Assembly: GCA_040954595.2 (NCBI GenBank)
Contig: CM082592.2
Location: 9,039,677 to 9,103,676 of the forward strand
DNA length: 64,000 nt
Direction of reading: 5' to 3'
Source: Balanoglossus misakiensis
Taxonomy: Eukaryota; Animalia; Hemichordata
A program made the translations under genes and the position numbers. Below are positions 27,370 to 39,904 of this stretch, one piece after another. The first letter of the stretch is position 1, and each line of letters begins with the position of its first letter. A model generated the notes under the pieces. The model saw only the letters and a program-made list of their open reading frames with translations, was not told where the DNA came from and did not search any database.

Positions 27370-28672
27370 ATGCCCCGTGGAGGTCGGAGTAGAGGAAGAG
27401 CCGCTTCTCCCGTGAGGTAGGTCGATCACCGAGGACAGAAATGCACGACATGCCGCCGTGTTCACAGTTGAACCACGTTTTGCGTTCAGTCCAAGTGTAG
27501 TCCGTGTGCACGTATGTATGTATGTGTGTGTATGTAATGTGACCTGATCGCAATCATGGTTCGTTTCCCTGGGCACCCATAGTCCGTTTTGGTAGGCAGT
27601 CATTGCGACAAAATGTGTTAAAACGATAATGTCGCCAATCAATTTTGAAAGTTGCGTAAACTAAGAATAAAGGTCAGTCCCCACAAATGATGACGTAAGT
27701 TTGGGATGTTTGACATCATACGCCTGTACTCTACTGTAGTGAGTATGGTACTATCATACAACCCTTGTGAGTCAAAACTTTTTCTTGCACTCCCCAAGTT
27801 GCTTGATCAGGAGGTTGTTTAATGGGCCACTGACCTATGGTTTAACCTCCCTACTACCACAAATTCTTCTAGGAGTACCTGTAGATCTGCTTCTTTACAT
27901 TTAACTGTTAATGTTTTACCTGGCAGGTCATCACCTCCGAGGACAATGGCTTCTGCCCCTCCACCAGCTCCAGTACAACAGAGAGCACCAATGGCTCAAG
28001 CTCCTCAGCCCACGGCTGTTGGTCAGCCAAGACAGGGACCGGGTCTTCTAGGACAAATGGCCACCACGGCCGCAGGGGTTGCTGTTGGCTCGGCCATCGG
28101 CCATACTATCGGACATGCTATGACTGGTGGTGGTGGCGGCGGTGGTCAAAGCCAGCCTGATGTGACCTATCAGGAGCCACCCCCACAGCAGTACCAGCAA
28201 CCAATGCAACAGCAACAAACACAGCCGCAGGGATACTGTCAGTTTGAGATGAAGCAATTTCTGGAATGTGCCCAGACTACACAAGACATTTCATTGTGTG
28301 ATGGATTTAACCAAGCACTAAAAGATTGTAAATTCAGATATGGTAAGATATGGTTCAGAAAAGTTTGAATTATGGCTGCCCATTTAAATTGAATTCAATA
28401 TTAAAAAAATCAAATATTCACAGCTCTGGCATTGTTGTCAAATAAGTGAGGGTGTATGGACATCTCTGTTTCGCATACAGTACAAACAGATACTTTTCAC
28501 AAGTCAGACAGTACATGGATGCTGTGGGCTCTACAATACTGCACATTTAGCTAAAAAAATTGAACCTGTCCGTGAATGACCATGCACAGTCATGTGTACA
28601 GATACAGATGCTCATCATGTAAAAATAAATCTTGAATGGTTTGTCTTTCTTCTCTCAACAGGTATGCAGTGA
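27370..28672 (+). CDS. CHCHD2: CHCHD2/CHCHD10-family mitochondrial protein
   Basis: Exons 27370-27416 (MPRGGRSR..), 27927-28342 (GLLGQMATTAAGVAVGSAIGHTIG; twin CX9C CQFEMKQFLEC..CDGFNQALKDC) and 28662-28672 (GMQ*). Confidence 0.95.
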
Positions 28673-30528
28673 TTGTAGACCATTGTGGTAGTGTGAGATT
28701 ATTTCGGAATGATGCCAAAGTCCATGTAATTGTATATGGTGTGTACTGCGGTGGAAGATTTCTTTTAAGAAGTCCAGTGAAACACAAAAGTGTGTAGCTG
28801 CGTGTGTAAAAAGATATCAAAACTGTACAAACGTTTTTAATATCTAAATTGGATGAATTTCTAGGAAGACCAATAATTATCTTTTTCAAGATCAGGGGAG
28901 TGAACTGTAGAATTTTGAAAGATTGCTTTCTGTCTTTTTCAAAATGGTTTGTAATTTGGAAAATCTGCATGTTGTTGGAGTGTTGTACATTAAAACATTT
29001 CTGATTTCACAGTATGTGGTTTGGCTGTGCTTCTTTCTTTTGTCTTGTTCCCGAATTAATTCAATGAACTCTGCCCTCTAATGATAAGAACCTAACTTAC
29101 TGGTGACTCTGCATTCAAATGAGGTGCTTCTCCACATTCAAAGCAAACATAGAAGATGCACCTGATTTTATGAAAATACATCATCGAAGGCAGTACCCAG
29201 CTGCATCGATGTGTTGATCCGTGAGAATGCAAGTCTAGACTTCAGATATTGTATCTAGTCCTGTCACGACGCTGATATTCTACACTATGCGTCTGTGTCA
29301 ACTCATCTGGGCATTCAACTCATCATCCAGGCATCTTGGTGTTGATATCATGCATGCGACAGTAATATAGTCGCTAAGTGATAGAATTGTGCAACAGAAT
29401 AATCATTCTTACAAGATGGACTTAAATTCTACTCCTGACATGAACAATTTGTGACATCTGGAATGAACAGACCCTTCTTGAGAATGTCAGAAATTTTAAG
29501 CAGTCAAAGATAATTTCTCATTGAAATTATTGATGACAGTGGTTGTTTGTAAAATTATCTTGAGGTGGTTTACATACACTGAAATAGTACTTCAGCTAAT
29601 TTTTCAGTACATACTGATATCATTTTCTTCTACATTACTGCATTTTATTGTTCCAAAATCTTTCCAGACCTTTGCTAAAATTCGAAAATTATTGGCTTGT
29701 ACCATTAAGCTACCTGGTGACATTTCCAGTATGTGACACCCAATACCTCAATCAGAATGAGAGTACCTGGTAACAGATGGATTGCACATTACATTCGTTT
29801 CTGGCAATCATGCAAATGTTACCATAACTATTACTTTTAATCAGCTGAAACCCGAGCACCCTGGTTTGGGTTGCATCATTTCAGTTAATGCTTGTACGGG
29901 CCGGTACCAGGAAAAGTTAAGAACTTGAAGGCCTTTACTCGGTACTCTGTGGGATGACATAATTTTTCCTGCGGGGGTGGGAGTTGATGTTGGAGGAGGG
30001 GTACTTCAAATGTCGTTTTCTTCCTTCCAGGGGTTCCAATCCCAAGATGGTAAATTGCATTACGAGTAAAAGGTTCTGGTATTTATTACTGCAACATATT
30101 GGAATCATTGATGGAAGGGTGTCGTTTTACCTCGCATGATCGCAACAGACTGCATGCACCCCAGCTCACTTCCAATATGTAGGTCAATTCGGTCAATATG
30201 GCATCATGCATACTGAGCTGTGACCCCCAAAATTGTTTGCTCTGTCTGAGATGATGAACTGAAGTGATCACCTGTAGTGAAGGGAAAGGGATCCCTCACC
30301 TGTAATGTGGGCTAATGGTTTCACACTCTAGCTATAGGACACTACATTTAGCAACAGTTACATACCCGATAGCAGTCATTTTGTTTTGCAATATTTTCAT
30401 GATTTTACTTTCAAACTTACTGCTGGGTATACACAAACATATAATCAATGATCTGATTGCGTCTGTACATTTAATTATGGACAAGTTCCATCTGTTTCCC
30501 CCCCCCCCTCTCTTATATTCAACACAGA

Positions 30529-32041
30529 CTATGACTGATCCATCAATTGTTCTGCCCCCTCTCCTTGTTCCTCGCCTTCCAGTCCAGGCAGTTTGTTGGT
30601 TATCACGTCCAACAGTTCTTCAGTCTGTTCCTCAGTTAGCCTCTCCTCACTTTCCTCTATCATCTGGAGGGGGGGGGGGGGGAGTGAAAAATATTTAGTT
30701 TTAGATAATTCTTGCGACCTTCCCATGCTCATTACAAGAGAATGCGGGATTAACTCTCCTTCAATATGCAGGATGATGACATAAGTGTAGCTAAATGTCA
30801 CAAGAATTCTGGAAAAGAGATACAAAAATATACAGGAAATGGTCTCAACTTACCAATTGTATTTCAACAGCACTCGTTGGCCTGTTATTCAACAACTGCA
30901 ATTTTTCAGCCCTATATAAAAAAATAAAATAAACACAAAACAAATTCAGTTAAAATAGACAAAGTTCTTAGACAGGAAATGATTTTTTTTCTTCATTAAA
31001 AAGAGAAAACATTCAAATATTGCTCAAGAAATAGACGCCACTGTAACATATGATAAATGAAAGATAAATCAAAATGGTGCAAAGGAACGTTGGTGGCGCC
31101 ATTGTACCCAACAAGAAATGGGACAGGTCCCTATACGTTTTCACATGATTTCTTCAAAAGCCAACAAGTCTCTTCCGTTATTTCACCTTGGCTAATATGT
31201 CTACACGGGATTAAAAATCCATATTGTGAGATTTGTATTTCCTGGACTTACTTTGTTAACTTAAATGGTTCCAGACACCCTAGAAATGCCTTGATAACTT
31301 CTTCATTCTGTAGATTACATGGTCTTTTTTCCAGGTATTTTATCGTCTACAAGCAAATGAAATTGAAATATGAAACCTATTATCATCTGATTAAAACCTG
31401 CTGATGGCTGGATCTTTACATTTGCTGGTACTTGTATAATAGAGAAACAGTCCACTGTTATGTAGATATACCTCATATGATATGGTAGCCAAGTTCTGCT
31501 GGCTTGCGTTGGCTTTCCGCTTCCCTTTCATGTTGGCCGTCAACTCTTTCAGAAGTGTTAGCACCTAGGAAATGAAAGGATGTACACCACTATGATGGTC
31601 GATAACATACACACACCTCAGCACCGTGCTAACCGGAATATGTTTGTGAAAATTACTGGAACATTGAAAGAGCAGCTACAAGTGAAAACGATTCTCACCT
31701 CATAATTACTGAGTGTAGCTGCATTTTCATTTATTCTGTGCAAAAGAAAAGTTCAAAACTTGTTATAAAAATCTCTTATGGTAGCTGGATTGTGATGTAG
31801 CTGTGTTTCCACAGCTAGATTATGAACACTGTGGGTCTGTACAAACTACAATGTAAAACACAGAGATATCCCCCCCCCCCACTTCTGTAATCTATGTGTC
31901 AAGGTGAGAGTGTATACGTATATGTATATGAGTATAATACTCTAGTCGACCCATAGAGGGCAGCAGTACTGGCAATGTCATCTGCCGCATGTCTGATATG
32001 ACCCTTGTCATCAAACGGTATTAAAAGACTTACACTTCCAT
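30529..32041 (-). CDS. CRCP: RNA polymerase III subunit RPC9 / CGRP receptor component
   Basis: Exons 32041-32034, 31735-31699, 31564-31472, 31346-31252, 30911-30854, 30663-30529 give [70 protein letters not shown]. Confidence 0.93.
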
Positions 32042-32210
32042 TTTTCCGCCTTGACCAACTATTACAATATAGGATATAATTCGGACCCTTTCAAAGCTTT
32101 CTGAACTTCGACATATTCGTCCGTATCAACACACACGCTTTTCTCTCAACACCCTGGGCGCCGCCATATTGTTTTCTTACACTTGGCGAAACTAAAATCC
32201 CTATAGGTAA
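32042..32210. promoter_or_regulatory. Bidirectional promoter CRCP/CHEK2
   Basis: Head-to-head genes; YY1-like gccgccatatt at ~32160; CHEK2 candidate 5'UTR exon donor ctatag|gtaag at ~32206. Confidence 0.6.
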
Positions 32211-32680
32211 GAATCTGTGTTTAAATTATATTTTATGAAAAATTATGCGTGGCAATGTTGGTATTTTCAAAATGTTCTTCAAAATGTCATCATGGTGTTA
32301 AGAAATGTTGACATCGCTTAATGCTTAGCTCAGATTCGGTCAATAATAACCATTTGTCTGCAAGGAAAAATATCTGATATTCACATGCCCCTGTCATAGT
32401 GATATGGACCAAAGCATTTCCGCATTGCCATCGAGGGACGTGCTGCCCTCTTTCGGCATCTTGTTTGGGCTACCGCTTCTGCGTCAGGGAGGAGATGCCC
32501 GAAAAATAACGCCGTCTGTGGTAAAATGCGAGCATTTTACGGCACACTTCTGCGATAAAACCACACTTCAATAACCCCTAGTCGAACATTTAGTCTATTT
32601 AGAGTTTGGTTCGAAGGGGGTGTGTTTGTAAAACAAGTCTGTACATGTTGTGTATCTGTTCACAAGCGAGTAGCGGCTCC

Positions 32681-35600
32681 ATGAGTCAAAGCGGCCATAA
32701 TACGAGTAGTAGCTTGTCAAGTGGGGGTACGTTATCAAGCATGGAGACTCTACCAACGCAAGACGTCGTCGACGGCGACCTAGATGACGAAGTAGACGGT
32801 GCAGTCAAAGTGTGGGGCCGACTATTTCCTCTTGGGAACACATTTATACCCTTTGGTAAGAGTGGGTGATAATTTAATGCATGCCAGTGTATATTTCCAT
32901 GTGACTTGTAGATTGCAAATGTTGCGGCATTGTCGTCAGTGGTTTGGTAATCGAAGAACCTGTCCCTTTTACACTTGTTGAGTATTATATTTAACAAAGT
33001 TAGCAACATTATACTAGTTGAGTTGTACCATAAAAACACTAGAAACACTTCGTGTTGTTTGCTTTATGGAGAATGGTAAAATGTAAACAATACAACTTAC
33101 AAGCCCCTCCCCCTTCCCTGTTACGTCATTATTTGGAAATATACATCATAATAAAGCAGAATAAAATTCACTGTCTACTTGGAGGCCAAAGGTCACCCCA
33201 AAGTGGCTCTTTCCCTTTCAAAATTTTAACCTGTGCACCATTCTATTTTCCTCATATCAGACTTGGTCAATGATGAATACAGATTTGGACGAGACTCCAC
33301 ATCAGATTATTGTTTTGATGTCCCTCCCATGAAAAAGAACACACATTTCCAAGCCCTTAGTAAAAATCATTTTAGGCTTTTTAAGGTAAGTGCACAGAAT
33401 TTGTAGGTAAGCATACCTTTGAAATACATTTGTGTAAATCCCACAAAGCCAACATGGCCTGAGGCCGGGTTAAACGCTGTTATGCGACTAAAACTATCAA
33501 TATCAGTCATCTTGTTGTCAAAAGATAACTTGCAGTCATGTCTTTTCTCGTATACACACTTAACACACATACACACTGATAGATTTTTCCCCTTTTACAG
33601 GATACCGGTGACCATGTAATCATAGAAGATAAGAGTTCAAATGGCACTTTCTTAAATGGGGAAAAAATAGGTATAAATGAATTTTTAAAGTTAGCTTATC
33701 TCCGCAAAATTGTCGCAGCATTTCACCACAGTTTACCATCTGCTTCAGATACTTATTTAGGGTTAAAAACATGTTTAAATGAATGGCTGTCCTGTCATGA
33801 TCTGTACGACATAACTGAGACATGATGTTCTTTTCTGTCACAGGCAAAAATAAAAAGCAGGTGCTCAACAACAATGATGAAATAGCCCTAGCAACAAAGA
33901 AAAACAAAGCCTTTGTTTTCATGGACAACAATGAACAGGACCAAGAAAAACTACCCGCTGAAATGAAGGAAAAATACAGATTATCTAAAGTGCTTGGAAG
34001 GTGGGTATTTATTCTGGATTGGGTAATAACCTGTGCTCAGAAGGTTATAAACATGAAGGTGTATAACTTTACCACCGAAAAAAATATCTTCCTCTAGACT
34101 GGGACACTTGTTTTACAAGAACTATTTACATTTATATTTTGATATTTAGTCTCTGCTTTATGATTACAGGGGAGCGTGTGGTGAGGTGAAGCTAGCATTT
34201 GAAAAGGGCACTTGTAAAAAGGTGGCCGTCAAGATTATACAGAAGAAAATGTTTTCAATAGGTGGTCACGTGAAGAGGGTGAGATATTCGTTTGCTTTGC
34301 AACTGGCGGAATAGACTTATTCTTACTAAAATGTAATGGGGGAAAAATTTAAAACATTGACAAAAAATTAAGCTGCAGTACCTGTATACTTTTAGAGAAC
34401 GATCTGAAGTTGTGGTCTAACCAAATTTTAGTCATCACGTATACATCATATCTCTCTTAGGACATGTCAGCCACCGTGAAGGAAGAAGTCAAAATTTTGA
34501 AGGCGATGCACCATGTAAGTATTCTCCATTACTGGCCTGTGCCTTTTTGCAGACAGATTGTGTCCGCAGTTGTTGCTAAGCCTGTTGTGACAGCACAATG
34601 GGAAAAATTTGTCTAAACCTTTTGATGTTTATTTTTTCACAGCCGTGTATTATTGCCATAGAAGATGTGTATGAGTCAGATGACGTGTTGTATATAGTCT
34701 TAGAACTGTAAGTATACATGTACAATATATAAATGTCAAAATGAATATCTTACAAAAACTATAAAAGTGTGATGCATTTTGATTTGTCATGGTATTGTCA
34801 CATTACAGTACATCATGCAAGACAGAATGCTAGATTAATCCCAGCTTTCCTCTCCACCAAGACTTCTCTGTCGTCTGATGAGATTTCTTGACTAAATCAG
34901 AAAGCACATGATATGGTTGTAGTACATTATAGAAGTAGTTACAGTGAATTTCTACAAGTTAATCATAGTGGTTTGCCACTAGAGGCAGACTGGTATGGAT
35001 AATCAATAGAATCTCTGATGGAGACGGGTTGTATCCTGACTGATGGATAGACCATCCATGTTTTTTCACAGACATGTGCTTTCTGCTCTAATGTTGCCTT
35101 ATGTTTCCTATCTTCAGTGTTGAAGGTGGTGAACTGTTTGACAGGGTCGTAAGCATTGGTAAATTCGATGAGCCCGCTGCGAAATGTTTATTCTACCAAA
35201 TAATAGTTGCAACCAAGGTAGGTCCATCTTCATTGCTATTATTTCAGGTTTTAAGTAAAATGATGAAAGGCCTATTCAAGTTATTTGATTACGGTAGCAC
35301 TTCATATTTTGTCCTCTTTATTTCAGTATCTCCATGACAGGAATATTACTCACAGAGACTTAAAGGTATGTACAGAACACAAATAATTTCTCTGGGGAGA
35401 AATCTGATTCCATAATATCTCATAATTTAGATTTGAAAGTTAAATATAATGTTGTTTCTTGTCTACTTCAGCCGGAAAATGTGCTGTTGGCCAGCGAAAG
35501 TCATGAGACTTTAGTGAAAATCACCGACTTTGGTTTGTCGAAGTTTGTCGGTGAGAATTCCCTGATGAAGACACTGTGTGGCACGCCGACGTATCTGGCT

Positions 35601-36732
35601 CCGGAAGTGCTGACCACGGCAGGGATGGGTGGTTACGGCAAGGCTGTGGATTGCTGGAGTCTGGGAGTTATCCTTTTTGTCATGTGAGTGTGTAATCATG
35701 GTAGTTTGTCTAGTGGAATATCTTGGATATGTGCCAGTGATTGTGGGCAGGTGTTGTAGGTCTCAAAGAACCTCCATAAACCAGACACCTTTGCACACAA
35801 TGACAGTGTAACATTATTTCTGGCGTTGACCAAACACTCCTTTTACGCTTTCCTTGTCTACAGGCTAGCTGGTTATCCACCTTTTTCGGAAGAAGTCAAG
35901 GAAATGAAACTACACGAACAGATTGTCAAGGGGTATTACAGCTTTCCTAAAAAGTACTGGAACAAGGTATCAGAGGAAGGTAAGATAAATACCCTGTCTA
36001 ATCAGGAAACCTGTCTAGACCGAACACCTTTTCCCGTTCCTTTGACACAAGCAACCGGACACCTCTACAAACCCAACAGTTTCTTCAGTCCACTTGGCGT
36101 TTGGTTTAGACAGGTTTTACTGTATATCGAACATTTGATGCACAATGTAAAACAGACGTTTTTATGAAATCCTCTCTTCGCTGGCAGCCATTGACCTCAT
36201 CAAGAAACTGATGACAGTGGAACCCAAGATGCGGTTCAGCACAGCCGAGGCATTAGCTCACCCGTGGCTGAAAGAAGACGCGATGATCAGAAGAGCGCAG
36301 AAATTAATGTACCCGGAATCCGAAGTTATGCCACCTCCTGCGGGTGCTCCTGTAAGTAGTGTTGCTTTAAAGGGCCATTGCATGTGTAGCTTTAAAGGGC
36401 CACTGCCTGTGTTTTACAATACAGTTTCAAACAGAATTTACGTGCAGTATACAAAATCACATAGTTGCACTGCCTATTCGTTTACAGAATCTACAGAGAA
36501 AATAAAGAGGGATTAGTCTATGCACTGGTTTGCTTTTACTTACACAGTCATCGGCCATATTCTGTGTAGTCATATCTGTTTATGATCCACTTTGCAGGCC
36601 CAGGCAAAGAAACGCATGAGAGACCCGTCAACCGAGAGCACAGATAGTGAAGACGGCGTACCGGCAAAGAAGCCCTCCTTCGATTCAGATGACACAGACA
36701 GTAACGACAACACCACTATGTATCCGACGTGA
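32681..36732 (+). CDS. CHEK2: Checkpoint kinase 2
   Basis: N-terminal SQ/TQ (LPTQD), FHA domain ([24 protein letters not shown]) and kinase motifs ([53 protein letters not shown]) over about 13 GT-AG exons; last exon 36598-36732. Confidence 0.96.
36005..36124. mobile_element. Tc1/pogo-type MITE remnant in a CHEK2 intron
   Basis: aaacctgtctagacc (36007-36021) pairs with ggtttagacaggttt (36103-36117); ends in ..ttttactgTA. Confidence 0.55.
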
Positions 36733-37276
36733 TGTGACCAACCATGTGACTTTTTCTCTCTGGCCAGTGTCTCGTATGTAGACTCTGATTGAAACTTTCA
36801 CTCCCCCAGTATTTTCCTACCCTTGTGTACTTCTGTGAAATATTGCAGGACTGTTTCATGGCAAGTCTTTCAAACAAGACTGTGAATATACATGTTTCAT
36901 TGGTGCAAGGTATTTCTCTATGGAGGTTCAACTTTACCACAGAAAACAATGGATATGGGTCAAACCATGGTGGTGAAAGGGTTAATAACAGTAGAATGCT
37001 TACATCATTGTTTTATTTGCCATGTTTAGTGGCGGAGTTATTCCTTTGGAATTATGAAGTTACCTTTCTTAACATAAGGTCATATACTCTGTAGAAATCA
37101 CATACAGTTCACATATTTACTGTTTTAGTTCATTAGACATATAAAAAATTCAATAAAGACATTTAAAATTTTTATAAGTGGAATAGAATGTTGCACGCTT
37201 TTTCTTCAAAACAATTGCATTTTGACCTGTGGATTTACAGCTGTTTGAAAGTAATCAAGTTGCCAAGGAATGTTGA

Positions 37277-38720
37277 TCAGAGTTTGGCAGCTTTTGTCAT
37301 TTTGTAAATTGGGGTGTGGAATTCATCGAAATAGGGCTGCAGTCGGTTCCTCACTCTCTCCACCCATGCTGCCAATTTGGGTTGATTTGGAAACACATTT
37401 CTTCCTGCAGCAGTCAACTGCATGAACTAGAAAATGGAAAAAAAAAGGTACAATGTGAGCTCTTTAAAGGGATGCTTTGATTTTCTAGGTGTCACTTACA
37501 ATAGTGGGAGTTGGAATTACAGTCTGCATCCAGGCATGCAGACTACATTGTACTCGCTGATGGCGGCCATATTGATTTCCAAGTTGTGAACTATTTCTTT
37601 GTTTAAGATGTACGTTCATCACCAGTGTTTGAAAACTTGCCTGTGGCCACACTTTTAAATATTTCAGTTTTGTGTCCAATTGTAACCGTGAAAATTAGAC
37701 TACTCACTTCAGGCACTGCCATGAGATCAGCGATCGTGATGTCATCGCCACACAGGAACTTTTGGTCTTTCAGAAACATCTTCTCCAAGAGATCCAAAGT
37801 GCCTTCCAGCAGATTCAAGGCTGATTCTAGTTTCGCTTGGTCAACATCTCTCCCCTTAAATCTTGGAATGAGAACCTGTGTGCAAATTGTGGTTAAAGTG
37901 ACGAGAAGATTAAACTACCAGAGATGATGTCACAAAACTTACAAGGCAGAACAGGTAGGATCATTCAGACAGGAAATTTTTTCCTCATTTTACCCTGGGT
38001 ACAAAAAGAATGGTACCTCTGTCCAAAAGACTCTGATGCAGTGCGTTCGTGTGTTGCCATGGTGCCATGCTAGATATTCATCGATTTTGGCTCTTTTAGC
38101 AGGGTTGCTAGGATACCAATGATCAGGTGTGTTGTGCTTAGCTGCTAAGTACTTCAAGATGGCCTCGCTGGAAGACAATTAAGTTAGTGGCACCAAATAA
38201 TTACTCATAGTTGGGAAAAGCAATGTAATTTACTGATAAAACACTAAATGCCCCTCCCCCCGAAGAAATGATTATGAAAACATCAAAACGAAAAGCAATT
38301 ACACCAAATATTAAATCGCTAACCTCTCTGTCAGTGTGAAGTCACCATCCTTGATTGCAGGCACTCTGCCCATTGGGTTGAGCACTTTGAATTCTGCCGA
38401 GTGGTTGTCACCTATATTTGTTACGTAAGAAAATAAAAGGACCTGAATCACAAATTCTGTGAATTTTAGTGGATCCTGGATTGCTCTGTACTGGTCAGAG
38501 GTCAACACACTTTTCATGATTGAGTGATTGTGCTCACAGTCGCCTGAGAGTTGCAATCGCATACGACCCAACCCCCAGGCGACTGTGAAAGGAACATTTA
38601 TACTTTACCGTTGCCAATTGATATGACTTTCTTCTCGTAGGGTATATTGTTCATTTCACAGAAAAGCAGCACTGACCGACATGGTTGGGACATTACGTCG
38701 TAGTACACTGTCACCACCAT
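37277..38720 (-). CDS. GSTT: Glutathione S-transferase theta class (~222 aa)
   Basis: Exons 38720-38609, 38411-38324, 38167-38017, 37875-37708, 37426-37277; motifs SQPCRS, NPMGRVPAIKDGDFTLTESEAI, PDHWYP, DEYLAWHH, FLCGDDITIADL. Confidence 0.94.
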
Positions 38721-38893
38721 TTTGCTCGTGCACGTGTTAGCTTAGTGCAGTGATTGTGTGAAGATACATCTACTGCAGTCTGATATGGATCAGAATTTTA
38801 GGTGTACTGTGCAACAAACTTTGACCTGTTGGTTCAGTGAGCACTGTAAACATGGTCAAAGGTCGGCTTATTAGTCAGGTCCCTTACAAACAT

Positions 38894-39025
38894 ATCCTAT
38901 AGGATTCCTATAGAATTATATAGGACTATCCCATAGGATTCCTATAGGATAGTCTTATAAGATTTTGGCACCTTTCTTAAAGGAATCCTAAAAGAATCCT
39001 TTTAGGGTTCCTGAAGGATTCCTAG
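38894..39025. repeat. Degenerate tandem array of a palindromic ~11-bp unit (CCTATAGGATT)
   Basis: atcctataggattcctatagaattatataggactatcccataggattcctataggatag..ggaatccta.. seen directly. Confidence 0.75.
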
Positions 39026-39370
39026 CTTGTCTCTAAATTCTGTGTTACCCCGACGTCCTGTCATTATCAGTTGCCAATCCGGAATACAAGCTGTACATTT
39101 TCGTTCAAAATATCTCCATACAACGTAGAGACGTTTTATTTATCTGTAGGGTAAGTTGAAACGCCATCAAAATCAATACTGCCACAAGTTATAAAAGTTA
39201 AAACTGATAAATTAGCTATTTGACCATTTCTGAATTGAATCTCTTTTTGCAATGATATATATGAGCAATCTTTTGAGGTGGAAGAAAATATTATTAAAAG
39301 AAAAAAATACTATAAATTTGTAGGTCGGCAAAACCCCATACAAAATATATGAGTGGAAAAAGTTGCTTTC

Positions 39371-39443
39371 AGCCCCCTGTGAGATTCGAACTCACGACCC
39401 CTGGTTTACAAGACCAGTGCTCTAACCACTGAGCTAAGGAGGC
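39371..39443 (-). tRNA. tRNA-Thr(TGT)
   Basis: Reverse complement GCCTCCTTAGCTCAGTGGTTAGAGCACTGGTCTTGTAAACCAGGGGTCGTGAGTTCGAATCTCACAGGGGGCT: full cloverleaf, A and B boxes, anticodon loop CT-TGT-AA, T5 terminator at 39357-39361. Confidence 0.96.
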
Positions 39444-39447
39444 GTTG

Positions 39448-39461
39448 ATGTCACGTGACAT
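39448..39461. promoter_or_regulatory. CLEAR/E-box palindrome ATGTCACGTGACAT
   Basis: Perfect GTCACGTGAC about 450 bp upstream of the TMEM199 ATG; perfect CRE TGACGTCA at 39842-39849. Confidence 0.45.
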
Positions 39462-39904
39462 TTCAGTTCTCTAGAACAGTTTGGCTGACACACAACCGTA
39501 CAGACTGCGTACTGAAGCAAGTAACATCCATTCATATCCATTAATTGTATAATTTGTATATATTTGACAGAATGTTTCAGAAATTACATTAATTAGGTTT
39601 CAATTTCATCACTGTTACAGAGAATCCTTAATATGGCGGGGGCATTGGGTGGTGAATAAGTCGTCATGTTGTTTTTCTGGAACCATGATTTCAGCTGAAA
39701 TACCCAACTTTGTTCTTTGTTGCAGGTGGGACCAGTATCCCTATCATCGTCGCTTGAACTTTTCGCGATCGGGCGTTATTTCAGCACGTACGGCTCATGT
39801 AATTGGATCCGCAGACGTCACTTTGAGGAATTCCCATTCGGTGACGTCATATTGAGCATGTGACCAAATGGGGTATCCCCATCCCAGAATCCCAGGCCGA
39901 AAAA

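Noticed and set aside
36365-36410. 25-bp tandem duplication tttaaagggcca..
   Set aside because: Two copies only, intronic; ordinary slippage or MITE-end relic.
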